The translations under genes and the position numbers were made by a program. A DNA stretch of 64,000 nt, taken from contig CAXXMR010000020.1 of the NCBI GenBank assembly GCA_963663805.2, positions 1-64,000 on the forward strand. The letters run 5' to 3'. Positions 51,257 to 60,673 of this stretch are shown here, piece after piece (position 1 is the stretch's first letter; each line of letters opens with the position of its first letter). The notes beneath the pieces were generated by a model. It saw only the letters and a list, made by a program, of their open reading frames with translations. It was not told the origin of the DNA and ran no database searches. Source of the DNA: Sedimentisphaerales bacterium. Its GTDB lineage: Bacteria > Planctomycetota > Phycisphaerae > Sedimentisphaerales > SM23-30.

Positions 51257-51285
51257 ATTAAACCATTATTCAACCTCCAGGTCAA
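51257..51285 (-). promoter_or_regulatory. Sigma70-type promoter of the trp operon
   Basis: TTGACC - 17 nt - TTTAAT with TGn extension; 7 nt separate the -10 box from the leader ATG. Confidence 0.65.
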
Positions 51286-51383
51286 CTCCAAACTAAAATC
51301 AAAACAACCTGGATAAAGACCAAAACCACACCTGTCGAAGGAAGGAAATTAGCCATTGACGTTGTTTTTTTCAAAGCTCAATT

Positions 51384-52295
51384 TTATCCGATTACTATTC
51401 CGGCGTATCCTACGCTGTCATCGGTTTGCTGGTGGAATTGTCGGGCCATTACTTCGGCGCTGGTGGTATGGGCCAGGAGTGTGCTTTTTTGGGCACCTTG
51501 TTTAATGGCGGAGGTCAGGGCGGCGGCGGTTGCCCCGGCTCCGCAGGCACTGCCGTACATTGCAGCGGTATTGATAAGCTGGTCGGGACGCAGGGACAGA
51601 ATGTGTTCGAGGAAAAATCTATCGTTGTGTTCCTTGGCCCAGCCGAGTGCTTCGGGGCCCGTGCCGTGTGGAGTGAAATAGTAGCTGGGGCCGTAATGGG
51701 TCAGGTCGGTGGAGGCGATACAGACGATTTTTTTGTCACTTTGGTTGATGATGCCGCCGATGGACCGTCCGATATTCTCGGCGCTGTCTACGGGCGGAAT
51801 CATTAAAGGCACGATTTGGGCATTGGGGAAAATATACTGGATTATGGGTATCTGGACTTCGATGGAGTGTTCGTTAGAGTGGCCGGCGCGGTCGGCACAT
51901 ACCATTCCGGTGGTTGCTTCGAGGATTTGTTGGGCGAGTTCTTCGTTGATATTGACTTTTCCCAGGGGCGTGGCCCATTGTCCGCGGTCGTAGAGCAGGC
52001 CCAGCCGGGTGCGTACGGAATGGACGGCCCCGAAAATGACGAAGGTATCGACATCTTTACCGTTTTGCTGTTCGACGGCGGCGAAGGCCTGGGCTGCAAT
52101 ATCTCCGCTGAAAACCCAGCCGGCATGGGGTACAATAGCGGCGAGGATTTTATCGGGAAGGGTCATTTCGGGGTCCAAAGCCCTCATCTGGAGCATTTGG
52201 CGGATGTGCTCCTGGCATTTATCAGGATTTGCTTCGTAGAACCGGCCTGATACGACGGCATTTCTGACTGACATGGATGGGCTCCTGCTTGACAT
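51384..52295 (-). CDS. MEMO1-family protein (AmmeMemoRadiSam protein B-like)
   Basis: VRNAVVSGRFY, IVPHAGWVFSG, WATPLG, EHSIEVQIP, ASTDLTHYG, SVGYA. Confidence 0.93.
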   Translation of the reverse strand: MSSRSPSMSVRNAVVSGRFYEANPDKCQEHIRQMLQMRALDPEMTLPDKILAAIVPHAGWVFSGDIAAQAFAAVEQQNGKDVDTFVIFGAVHSVRTRLGLLYDRGQWATPLGKVNINEELAQQILEATTGMVCADRAGHSNEHSIEVQIPIIQYIFPNAQIVPLMIPPVDSAENIGRSIGGIINQSDKKIVCIASTDLTHYGPSYYFTPHGTGPEALGWAKEHNDRFFLEHILSLRPDQLINTAAMYGSACGAGATAAALTSAIKQGAQKSTLLAHTTSAEVMARQFHQQTDDSVGYAGIVIG

Positions 52296-52407
52296 TTGGG
52301 GTTGGTTCGCCTATGATGGCCACTCGCGCCGCAGTATTTTAACTGCGTAGGTGCGGTGATTGCAAGGCATTAACGAGATTTTAGGCTATAAACACAGGAA
52401 AATATGT

Positions 52408-52971
52408 ATGATTAAAGCTACGGAAATGAAAAAGGGGATGGTTTTGAAAATTGATGGGGCACTGATGGTGGTCCTGGATTACCAGCATGTCAAGCTGGGC
52501 AAGGGCGGTGCAGTTTTGCAAACCAAGCTGAAAAGTGTAATGGAAGGTAACGTGACCACCAAGCGTATCCGTTCGGAAGAGACTCTGGAAGATGTCTATG
52601 TTGACCGGCAGAAATACGAGTATCTGTACTCGGCTGGTAATGAGCATGTACTGATGCACAAAGAGACTTTTGACCAGATGACGATTGACAGCGAACTGTT
52701 CGGTGATGGTCCTTTGTACTGCAAACCGAATACGGATGTTGAAGTGCAGTTCTTTGACGGCAAACCACTGTCGGTGGATTTGCCCAATACGGTGGAGCTG
52801 GAAGTCACTGACACTCCCCCGGCGATTAAGGGTGCAACTGCGACAAATCAATATAAAAAGGCTGAGCTGGAGACCGGTGTTTCGGTAACGGTACCGCCTT
52901 TTGTGGAAAATGGTGAGCTGATTCGGGTTGATACTCGCACTGGGGAGTATCTGGAGCGAGTTAAGAAATAG
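52408..52971 (+). CDS. efp: Elongation factor P
   Basis: HVKLGKGGA loop, YEYLY, KGATA...KKAELETG, VPPFV, VDTRTGEYLER. Confidence 0.97.
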   Translation: MIKATEMKKGMVLKIDGALMVVLDYQHVKLGKGGAVLQTKLKSVMEGNVTTKRIRSEETLEDVYVDRQKYEYLYSAGNEHVLMHKETFDQMTIDSELFGDGPLYCKPNTDVEVQFFDGKPLSVDLPNTVELEVTDTPPAIKGATATNQYKKAELETGVSVTVPPFVENGELIRVDTRTGEYLERVKK

Positions 52972-54115
52972 TATCAGCGAAGGCTGGTTCGAGATTGATT
53001 TTTTCCCGGCCCTGAGCCGTTATGTGCAAGTCGGGACGATCGTTGAGGTCAATGGGTTTCTTGAGATAACGCTTATCGGCAAGTTTTCCATTGGCCTCAA
53101 ATGCTATAATGACCGTGGGGCTGAATGGCGTTTCGGGGTTGTGTTGGGTGACGACGGCGGTTTGCCCGGTGCTGAGTTTCAGGCGGGTGCCGATCTGGAA
53201 AGGCTGGATTACTCGGCCAAGGGTTTCCAGTACTTTCGCGTCGTAGGCGGCGTTTTCCGGGCTAAACATCATTTGTTGCAGGGTGAGTGCCGGTGAATCG
53301 TTGTGGGCACGTATGGTGCAGAACGCGTCGGCAACTCTGAGGATGCGGGCATAAACATTGATTTTTTCAGGGGGCAGTTTTTGGGGATAGCCTGTCTGGT
53401 CGAGCTTTTCGTGGTGACAACGTATGGTATGCCGGGTCATGGGGCCGAGAAAATCGGCGAAAAGTTCAGCGGAATCGGTGGGATGGTTTTCGAGTGCTTT
53501 ATCTTGGGGATTTTCTGTGTGTTGCGGGTTGGGCCGGTTATATAGTGAAGCGTCGTGGAAGAAGGCCGCCAGAGCCAGCGGGGTCAGGCTCGCGGCATTT
53601 TGGACAGCGGTTGCAGAGCCTTGCTCTCTTTGTTCTTTGATATAATTGAGCAGTTTTTGGCCCAGAGTCAGGCTGAGATAAAAAACGTTCGCGGTGTGAT
53701 AGGCGAGATAGCGTTCATCTTGCGGTTCGGGAGTGAGCAGGGCGGTGGTGATATTGTTGGCCTTCATGAAGGTCGCGGCTTTAATTATAGGATGTCGCAG
53801 TTCGAGGGTTAGCTCTTCGTTAATTTCATTGCCGGCCTTGAGATTCCGGGTGAGTATATCGAAAGTCTCGACGATTTCGGGCTGAATTTTGAGGGCGTAG
53901 CTTAGCGGGCGGGCGTCATTCTGGAACTCGACGATTTTATCGAGTGCGGGCAGCACGATACCTATCGTGCGTTTGGGGCAGGTTTTTTTCAGGAATTCTA
54001 TATCGCCGTCAGACAATTGCCAGTTATCGGGTAATGTTGGTTTGAAGGCACTGAGCAGGTTTCCGGCCAGTTTCATGTCAGGTTTTAATTCGTCCGCATA
54101 AAGCCTAATAGGCAT
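52961..54115 (-). CDS. HD-GYP domain protein (putative c-di-GMP phosphodiesterase)
   Basis: YHTANV, FFHDAS, HHEKLDQTGYP, RILRVADAF. Confidence 0.85.
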   Translation of the reverse strand: MPIRLYADELKPDMKLAGNLLSAFKPTLPDNWQLSDGDIEFLKKTCPKRTIGIVLPALDKIVEFQNDARPLSYALKIQPEIVETFDILTRNLKAGNEINEELTLELRHPIIKAATFMKANNITTALLTPEPQDERYLAYHTANVFYLSLTLGQKLLNYIKEQREQGSATAVQNAASLTPLALAAFFHDASLYNRPNPQHTENPQDKALENHPTDSAELFADFLGPMTRHTIRCHHEKLDQTGYPQKLPPEKINVYARILRVADAFCTIRAHNDSPALTLQQMMFSPENAAYDAKVLETLGRVIQPFQIGTRLKLSTGQTAVVTQHNPETPFSPTVIIAFEANGKLADKRYLKKPIDLNDRPDLHITAQGREKINLEPAFADTIS

Positions 54116-54574
54116 TGTACACCTCGCTTAGTTATAACTTAATTCGGCTATTCAGACCCTTGGCCTGAGACATTAGATGTCAAAGTTTGATTGTCAGTTC
54201 CCAGAACAACTTGCTGATGCCTGGCGGGGCTGGTCAACTGACTAACGTCTGATATTATCTGGCAATAATAAAATAATAAGGCCGATAATAAAGATGGCGT
54301 ATTTGGCGGCGTTATATTCGATACAGGTATGCGCTGTTTTGTGACGGTTATCTGGGTTGAGATGACGCCTTTGGGGGGTGTTCGGTTTGGGGGGGTTGTT
54401 CGGTTAAAAAATCGCATTTTCAGTACCGCCAGTGGGGATGTTTTCTTAAGCGGAGGTTAAGTAGAGTCGATACGTCTGCTGTGGCGGATGCTATCGAGTT
54501 GTACCGGCATAGCCACAAGCAGTACCCGGTGCCGTGGGAGAAAACTAGCGGCCCCGCATGAAGGAGAACACAAC

Positions 54575-56263
54575 GTGAGCAGTTTGCTGGAATTGTTAGG
54601 CAAAGGTCTGGGGACCGAACTGATGGAATTTGTCATACCCCATTGTCGGCCCCTGGATGTCCATGACGCCGAGATGCTGGAACAGGCAATATTGGACGAC
54701 TCGAATCATTTGCCCAACCGTTTAAGATTGGGCATTCACTACGCCCAAAGCGCCGCGGGTGATGCGGCAGAGCATATCTTCCTCGACATATTGCAGAAAT
54801 TCCCGGACCACCTGGATACCCATCTTGCCTGGGCGGCGATGTGTCTGAGCAACGGCGAAGTTGATAAAGCTATCGAAATGCTGCAAAAAGCCCGTGATTA
54901 TCATGAGCATGACTCGCGTATATATTACGGGATGGGCCACAGCTATGAGCGGGTGGGGGACCCGGTTAAGGCCTGTCAATATTACTCCGAGGCGGCCCAG
55001 CGTTCGCCGTATCTGGTCCAGGCCCGACAGCGTTTGGCGGCGATAAGTCTGTTTCAGCAACAATATGACCAGGCTACAGAATATTGCCAGAAACTCATCA
55101 AGGACCATCCGGAAGACGCATGGAATTATCTGATGGCCGGGATGATAGATTTGTTTCAGGGCAAATACAGCGAAGCAATTGATTCGTTTGAGCGGGCCTT
55201 GACGATTGAGCCGGATAATTTCGAAATGTACGATGACCGGGTCGAGGCTTTGGCCAAGGACGGAGATTTCCAGGCTGCGATTAATATGATACTCGATAAT
55301 ATGGAAGCCAACGAGACGTTTCCCGATACGTTCGTGCGGCTGGCCGATTTGTACAGCCAGCTGGGCGATGATAATAACGCGGTCCTGAATTACAGCCGGG
55401 CCCTGGAGATGTATCCGGGCTATCTGGAAGCAGCGGTCAAACTAGGGACACAGCATTTGCGTAACGGTCGCTATTACGAAGCCGCAGCTCAGTTTAATGC
55501 CGCGGCCGAGATTAACGACCAGCTGATAACGACCTATGTCGCCCTGGCGGCGGCTCAGATGAAATCGGGCGACAGCAGTTCAGCCCGTGATACAGTTGAA
55601 CTGGCCGTAGCACTGGAGCCGAACAGTACCCTCTTGTTCGCCGAAATGGCACGTTTGCAGTTAAAGAGTTCACGTTCCAATACGGTCAATCATGATTTTC
55701 TGGATTTTGACGACCCTGCCCCGCTGGAAACTTCGCCCGACGATATGCTCGCTTTGCAGATGCGCCGTCATTATGACGCGTTGCAAAAAACACCGGGCCA
55801 GGCGAACCTGCATTATCGGTACGCGACGCTGCTTAACGGAGCCGGCAATCTGGAAGACGCTATCACTCATTATCAGCACGCTATCGAAATCAACCCTTCT
55901 TATGCCAAGGCACGGTTGAAGCTGGCCTTGGGGCTGTATCAGTCGGGCAAGCAGGTCGAGGCGTTTGACCATTTCTATCAGCTTTTCGATTTGAAGCAGG
56001 AATTCGTCGATTTGCATTACAAGCTCGGCCTGATGTTCTGCGATAAGATACAGTTCGCTTTAGCCGTAGAGCATTTCGAAGCAACGGCCAAAGATAATGA
56101 TGACCGTGATAACGTCCAGGCGAATCTCTCGCTGGCACTCCAGAATATGGGACTGGTAAACCGCTCTGCCGCTCAATGGCGGGCTGTTTGCGAGCTCGAA
56201 CCAGATAATATGCTATCGCTGAAGTCCGAACGCTCGTTTATGAAACTGGTCCCGATGGAATAG
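54575..56263 (+). CDS. Tetratricopeptide-repeat protein
   Basis: Multiple TPR-like units (A...F/Y..AL...P.Y..A...LG). GTG start after AAGGAG. Confidence 0.9.
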   Translation: MSSLLELLGKGLGTELMEFVIPHCRPLDVHDAEMLEQAILDDSNHLPNRLRLGIHYAQSAAGDAAEHIFLDILQKFPDHLDTHLAWAAMCLSNGEVDKAIEMLQKARDYHEHDSRIYYGMGHSYERVGDPVKACQYYSEAAQRSPYLVQARQRLAAISLFQQQYDQATEYCQKLIKDHPEDAWNYLMAGMIDLFQGKYSEAIDSFERALTIEPDNFEMYDDRVEALAKDGDFQAAINMILDNMEANETFPDTFVRLADLYSQLGDDNNAVLNYSRALEMYPGYLEAAVKLGTQHLRNGRYYEAAAQFNAAAEINDQLITTYVALAAAQMKSGDSSSARDTVELAVALEPNSTLLFAEMARLQLKSSRSNTVNHDFLDFDDPAPLETSPDDMLALQMRRHYDALQKTPGQANLHYRYATLLNGAGNLEDAITHYQHAIEINPSYAKARLKLALGLYQSGKQVEAFDHFYQLFDLKQEFVDLHYKLGLMFCDKIQFALAVEHFEATAKDNDDRDNVQANLSLALQNMGLVNRSAAQWRAVCELEPDNMLSLKSERSFMKLVPME

Positions 56264-56370
56264 CAAGGTATTTGTCGCAGTGGATTTTCATTGACAGTTT
56301 TGCCTGATGGGTTATGATATTTGTGTGCCTTTGGTGGTCACCAAATCCATTTGCAATCAGGAGATTCGCG

Positions 56371-56688
56371 ATGAAAATTCTGCTAGTCGGTGTTTTAATG
56401 TTGAGTTTACTGTCAGCGGCCAGCTGTAATCAGCGGGAACTGGACCAGTGTCAGCGGCGGAACATGAAGCTGGAAGAAGATGCCGCTCAGCGGGAGGGGG
56501 TTATCAAGACATTAGTGGACCGCAACAAACGTTCGCTCAGCGAAATCGAGAAGCTAAAATCCGAAATTGTCACCGTACAGGCCCAGGCCCTGGAGAACCA
56601 GCAGAAGGACCGCGAAGCACTCGAAAAAGCCCTGAAGGCCCAGATTAACAACAGCCAGCAAGAGACAGAAGCCAAGAGTAAGGAGTAA
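56371..56688 (+). CDS. Small coiled-coil putative lipoprotein
   Basis: AGGAG SD, signal peptide ending SAASC, then a heptad-like charged helix. Confidence 0.7.
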   Translation: MKILLVGVLMLSLLSAASCNQRELDQCQRRNMKLEEDAAQREGVIKTLVDRNKRSLSEIEKLKSEIVTVQAQALENQQKDREALEKALKAQINNSQQETEAKSKE

Positions 56689-56751
56689 ACGCCCTGCCCC
56701 CCCAACAAAAGCCGAGCCGCCTAAGCAGCCGGAACCCCTTCTTCCCTCTTT

Positions 56752-56950
56752 CAGAGCCGCGCACATATCAGAGCCGCGCACGTTAGTAAGCGGTCCCGTT
56801 ACTGTTAAACAAAAAACCTCGACCGCAGGTCGAAACCTCGCCGTCAGCATGCTTGCCAACCAGGAAAGCGAACAGCGGGAGCGTCAAATACGCCAAACGA
56901 CCGCGGCGATCAATCTGTGCGATACGCACTCATGCCCCATGCCTTCTTAC
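56752..56950. repeat. Composite intergenic repeat, copy 2
   Basis: Contains the REP-like unit seen at 17518, the TCGACCGCAGGTCGA hairpin module, the GTCAAATACGCCAAACG...GTGCGATACGCAC module and a heptamer remnant. Confidence 0.85.
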
Positions 56951-56951
56951 A

Positions 56952-58412
56952 TCAAAATGAATAATCCGCCGACCCGTCATAACCGTCGAACGCCAGCCGG
57001 AAGCTCACCACGCCGCTATTAGCGATACCAGGCGTTTTGCTCTTGTAGTTGACCTTAAAGGTCGCTTTTTCAAAGTCAACCGTCGCTGCCAGACTAGAGC
57101 CGTCCTCATATTTAACTTTCGCCTTGTATTGCTCCTTTGAGCCCCGCTTCTCGAAACTGCCGCTGGGCAGCTCCAAGGTCAGCCCACCCCAGCTGATACT
57201 CACCGGATATTGGTCCAGCCGCTCAACAGAATCAGCCGCCGAAATCCCGCCTTTGACGCTCAGCGAGGTTTGTTTGCTATTGACCTTCGCTGAATCGACG
57301 ACAAGGCTGGAACTCTCACCCCGCAGCAGCAGGATGGGAATATCGTCTTTCTCGCCGTTAATTACCTCCTCGCCGCTGACAGCCTTGCTGTGATAGTCGC
57401 CGATTATAATCTCGGTAGTCACCAGCCCCGTCCAGCCGGTGAGGTCCACGTCTTTGAAATCAATATCGAAGGTTCCTTTTTCCAGGTCAAGCTTCAACGC
57501 GGTCAGCTCACCTTTACTGCCTTTATATTTCAGGGTCGGTTTCTTATCGCTCAGCTTGAGACTGCGACTCTCGATAAGCTCAATCGTCTGCTCCAACGCA
57601 CCGCCCGTAGCCGAGCTTACCCGCACCGTAATCTCAGTAGCCCCTGAGAAATCCGCCGGCGGCTCCAGCAAATCCCCGTCCACGCTAAGATCATCCTCAG
57701 AGTCACGCACCTTACCAGCCGATATATCCAATCCACCCACCACCAACTCAATAATTGTTGGCTCTACCACATTCGGGTCAACATTCGGGTCCGTATTCGG
57801 GTCCGTATTCGGGTCCGTATTCGGGTCCGTATTCGGGTCAGTGTTGGGGTCCGTATTCGGGTCCGTATTCGGGTCCGTATTCGGGTCCGTATTCGGGTCC
57901 GTATTCGGGTCAGTGTTCGGGTCAGTATTGGTTTGACCGGTGATGGTGATTGTCAGAGTATCACTGAAAGTTACTACATTGGAGTCTATATCGTAAGAAC
58001 CACCGAAGTATTCTCCTGATGTTAGCGTAACGGTGGCAGTTCCGGTTCCGGTATTGTTGGCTCGTATTACGACTTGGGCAACAGTAGTCGCGGAGTTACC
58101 GGAAAATTTCCCCAGAAACATCTCAGCTGTAGAGGCGGTGATCATTGCGTCAGTACTCAAGTCTATATCCCAGCCGAAAGCTACTGCATCCGTGGTGCCA
58201 GTGGCACTTACCACAGACGCAGAGTTGCTAACCGTTACAATCGGGTCTAAGGTCAGAAGGGTTATGTTGGATACTATGGGAATGGTTACGATTTCACCAG
58301 CAGTAATCGCAGTTGAGGGACTGGCAGTACCAAAACTGATTCCCGCCTGGGCTACTGAAACAAACCCTGTGACCCAAATTGATATAGTAAACAAAAGTTT
58401 ATTTGTGGTCAT
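56952..58412 (-). CDS. Secreted protein: cohesin-like domain, (NTDP)n linker, Lys-rich beta domains
   Basis: Signal peptide; N-domain aligns by eye with the PEP-CTERM protein at 59169-59732; 13 tetrapeptide repeats; basic C-terminal region. Confidence 0.75.
   Translation of the reverse strand: MTTNKLLFTISIWVTGFVSVAQAGISFGTASPSTAITAGEIVTIPIVSNITLLTLDPIVTVSNSASVVSATGTTDAVAFGWDIDLSTDAMITASTAEMFLGKFSGNSATTVAQVVIRANNTGTGTATVTLTSGEYFGGSYDIDSNVVTFSDTLTITITGQTNTDPNTDPNTDPNTDPNTDPNTDPNTDPNTDPNTDPNTDPNTDPNTDPNVDPNVVEPTIIELVVGGLDISAGKVRDSEDDLSVDGDLLEPPADFSGATEITVRVSSATGGALEQTIELIESRSLKLSDKKPTLKYKGSKGELTALKLDLEKGTFDIDFKDVDLTGWTGLVTTEIIIGDYHSKAVSGEEVINGEKDDIPILLLRGESSSLVVDSAKVNSKQTSLSVKGGISAADSVERLDQYPVSISWGGLTLELPSGSFEKRGSKEQYKAKVKYEDGSSLAATVDFEKATFKVNYKSKTPGIANSGVVSFRLAFDGYDGSADYSF
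57769..57924. repeat. 12-bp coding tandem repeat, 13 units (12 NTDP plus 1 NVDP)
   Basis: GTATTCGGGTCC unit with minor variants, in frame in the 56952-58412 gene. Confidence 0.95.
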
Positions 58413-58444
58413 GAGCGTGTGGTCCTTATTGTTGAGATGGAAAA

Positions 58445-58981
58445 TTACTCAACCTTGTGAAAATAGACGTCAGAGGGTAAGACTTCACTATCATCGAAGG
58501 TTCGACCGTCTTTGATGTGTATGTAGCTCCACCATTGGGCACGCCAATATTTGCCGTCTTTGGTGATGGTTCCGGTCAGGACATCTCGTGAGTAACCTTC
58601 GATATCTCCGATAGGCAAGTGTATCTCGAAATGTTCAAGAGTTATAGAAACGTTTAGCTGGTGAGTTTTAGCATCATATATAACGGTGCAAGGGCCAAGA
58701 ATATATGTTTCATTTGCGCCTTCAGTTCCTTCATTATAGGCCATGCCATCAACAACGTTAATCTCAATACCTAGAATATGAACCATGGAAATAAGGGTTC
58801 CATCAGGAGCAAAGGTGAGTTGCCAGTCCCCTTCATCGATATCACGACCTTGCCAAGTTCCAACTAGGAACTCCGGAAATGGATCCGTTATCGATTTGGC
58901 AGGAAAGGGATTTGACGGTTGTTTTGAACAACCTTGAAGTGGGATCAAGGTTAAAAAAAATAGAAGGGCAATTTGTTTCAT
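58445..58981 (-). CDS. Hypothetical lipoprotein (beta-barrel/lipocalin-like)
   Basis: Lipobox LQGC, LVGTWQG...[10 protein letters not shown] pattern, AGGAG SD. Confidence 0.75.
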   Translation of the reverse strand: MKQIALLFFLTLIPLQGCSKQPSNPFPAKSITDPFPEFLVGTWQGRDIDEGDWQLTFAPDGTLISMVHILGIEINVVDGMAYNEGTEGANETYILGPCTVIYDAKTHQLNVSITLEHFEIHLPIGDIEGYSRDVLTGTITKDGKYWRAQWWSYIHIKDGRTFDDSEVLPSDVYFHKVE

Positions 58982-59076
58982 GGCGTTCTCCTAGAGTATC
59001 ACTTTCAACGGGTAGATGATATTCTCTTTGAAAACATTCGGCAATAAAAAAACTGGAAGTGGTCTACTGAAAATAT

Positions 59077-59120
59077 AAAAAAATCAGGACAGGTAAAATA
59101 CCTGTCCTGATTTTTCTTTT
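59077..59120. terminator. Strong terminator after the PEP-CTERM gene
   Basis: Perfect inverted repeat AAAAATCAGGACAGGTA-AAA-TACCTGTCCTGATTTTT. Confidence 0.85.
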
Positions 59121-59168
59121 TAATTTACACCAATAAGGCATAAATCGGTTCTTGGTCGAAGTAATCGC

Positions 59169-59732
59169 TTAGGCGCGACGACGACGGATCAGAGCCAGGC
59201 CACCAAGGCCCAGAAGGCTCATGGTCATCGGTTCCGGAACCTGATACAGGGTGATCGAACCTGCTTGGCCCTGCGGTATTTCTGACCACTCACCATCGAA
59301 AGTGCCACCCATGACGTTGCTGATCAGTTCCAAGCTGACCACAACTTCATCCGTTAAGCCGGACATGGTAATATCAACATAGGCAATATTGGCACCGGCA
59401 GTGGTAACAGCGCTGTAATTAGCGGCAGCAATCAAAGCCTGCGAGCCCGAAATGGTCGGGTCGATAGAAGCATCGGCACCCCAACCGTAGTTGGCACAAT
59501 CTGCTACGCCCATGGCAGCGGTAATCGCTGCACCATCATCCAACGAAACAGCAATATCAAGAGTTCCAAGGGAAACACTGCTGTTAACATATACTCTGAT
59601 TACATCGCCAGCACCAGCCTTGTTCGTCATTGAACCAAGGTCACCAGCATTGGGTGCAACCAAAGACAGCGGGCTACCAAATGTTACACCAGTAAGAGCA
59701 AGAACCATAACCAAAGCTAACAACTTCTTCAT
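59169..59732 (-). CDS. PEP-CTERM protein with a single cohesin-like domain
   Basis: Signal MKKLLALVMVLAL, about 140 aa of alternating beta pattern, C-terminal VPEPMTMSLLGLGGLALIRRRRA, AAGGAG SD. Confidence 0.88.
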   Translation of the reverse strand: MKKLLALVMVLALTGVTFGSPLSLVAPNAGDLGSMTNKAGAGDVIRVYVNSSVSLGTLDIAVSLDDGAAITAAMGVADCANYGWGADASIDPTISGSQALIAAANYSAVTTAGANIAYVDITMSGLTDEVVVSLELISNVMGGTFDGEWSEIPQGQAGSITLYQVPEPMTMSLLGLGGLALIRRRRA

Positions 59733-59848
59733 AACGATCTCCTTCTAATATTTCTCCGCTACTCCGAAAACCCTCAACGAAAGGCAATTTTCAACAAGTA
59801 GCATAACACAAAATTACAAATTAAAACTCTTTCAAAAATTAACAAAAC

Positions 59849-60673
59849 TTATTCAACCGACGGGCAACTCTGGACACCATTGGAAGGCAGAATTGGGCCC
59901 GTAGTTCCGGTCAGCCAGTTTAGCTTCAGGATGGCCAAATCCGGAGCATTAACGGAACTAGTGCGGTTGAAGTTGGCGCAGCAGTTGTAGGCCGGATTTC
60001 CGAAACCCTTGAGCCAAGACAGCTTGAGCTTTGCCAAGTCAGGGGCGTTAACTCTACCATCGCACGTAGCATCACCGAGGTGCTGGATAGCACACTGGGT
60101 GTTGTCCCAGCAAGTGCCAGCATACGGATTGTCATTCGGGAAGGTCACGGTAACAGTAATCGGGTTACCGGAATTGACGGTCATGGCAGCTGCCATCACA
60201 TCAACTACGCCACCACGAAGGTCGTCGGTTACGATAGTTACATCGACATCGGGGTCGCCTTTTGCCATGTCCAGAGCGATGGTACCGATAATACCGGCCG
60301 CGGGGGCATCAGCGGCATCGAGTTCGCCCATGCAAAGCGAAATCGGGTTGGCCGGCAGGGCCAGAGCGCCAGCGGCATTGGGGTTAGCAACGGCTTCGCC
60401 ACCATTGGTGTCGGGGTCGTAAGCTGCACCCAAGTCGTGGGCGGCGTCAATATAAATGTCGAAGAACGAATCTACAGCGGTGAAGTCGATGAAATCAACA
60501 CTGTCGTTGTTGGACAGTACCAGAGCGATACCAACCGGGGCATCGCCGTTATAACTGGAATAACCCAGAGTGAAGGTACCATTGGCATTGTCAACTGCGG
60601 TGAAGGTAATCTCGCCGGCCATAACCGGAGCTACCAAACCCAGGACCATTAATAAACATACTAGCTTTTTCAT
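59849..60673 (-). CDS. Secreted beta-sandwich protein with C-terminal dockerin
   Basis: Signal MKKLVCLLMVLGL; duplicated dockerin repeats GDATCDGRVNAPDLAKLKLSW / ANFNRTSSVNAPDLAILKLNW. Confidence 0.82.
   Translation of the reverse strand: MKKLVCLLMVLGLVAPVMAGEITFTAVDNANGTFTLGYSSYNGDAPVGIALVLSNNDSVDFIDFTAVDSFFDIYIDAAHDLGAAYDPDTNGGEAVANPNAAGALALPANPISLCMGELDAADAPAAGIIGTIALDMAKGDPDVDVTIVTDDLRGGVVDVMAAAMTVNSGNPITVTVTFPNDNPYAGTCWDNTQCAIQHLGDATCDGRVNAPDLAKLKLSWLKGFGNPAYNCCANFNRTSSVNAPDLAILKLNWLTGTTGPILPSNGVQSCPSVE

Noticed and set aside
57769..57924. Possible CRISPR or non-coding array
   Set aside because: It is a contiguous 12-bp in-frame coding repeat with no spacers.
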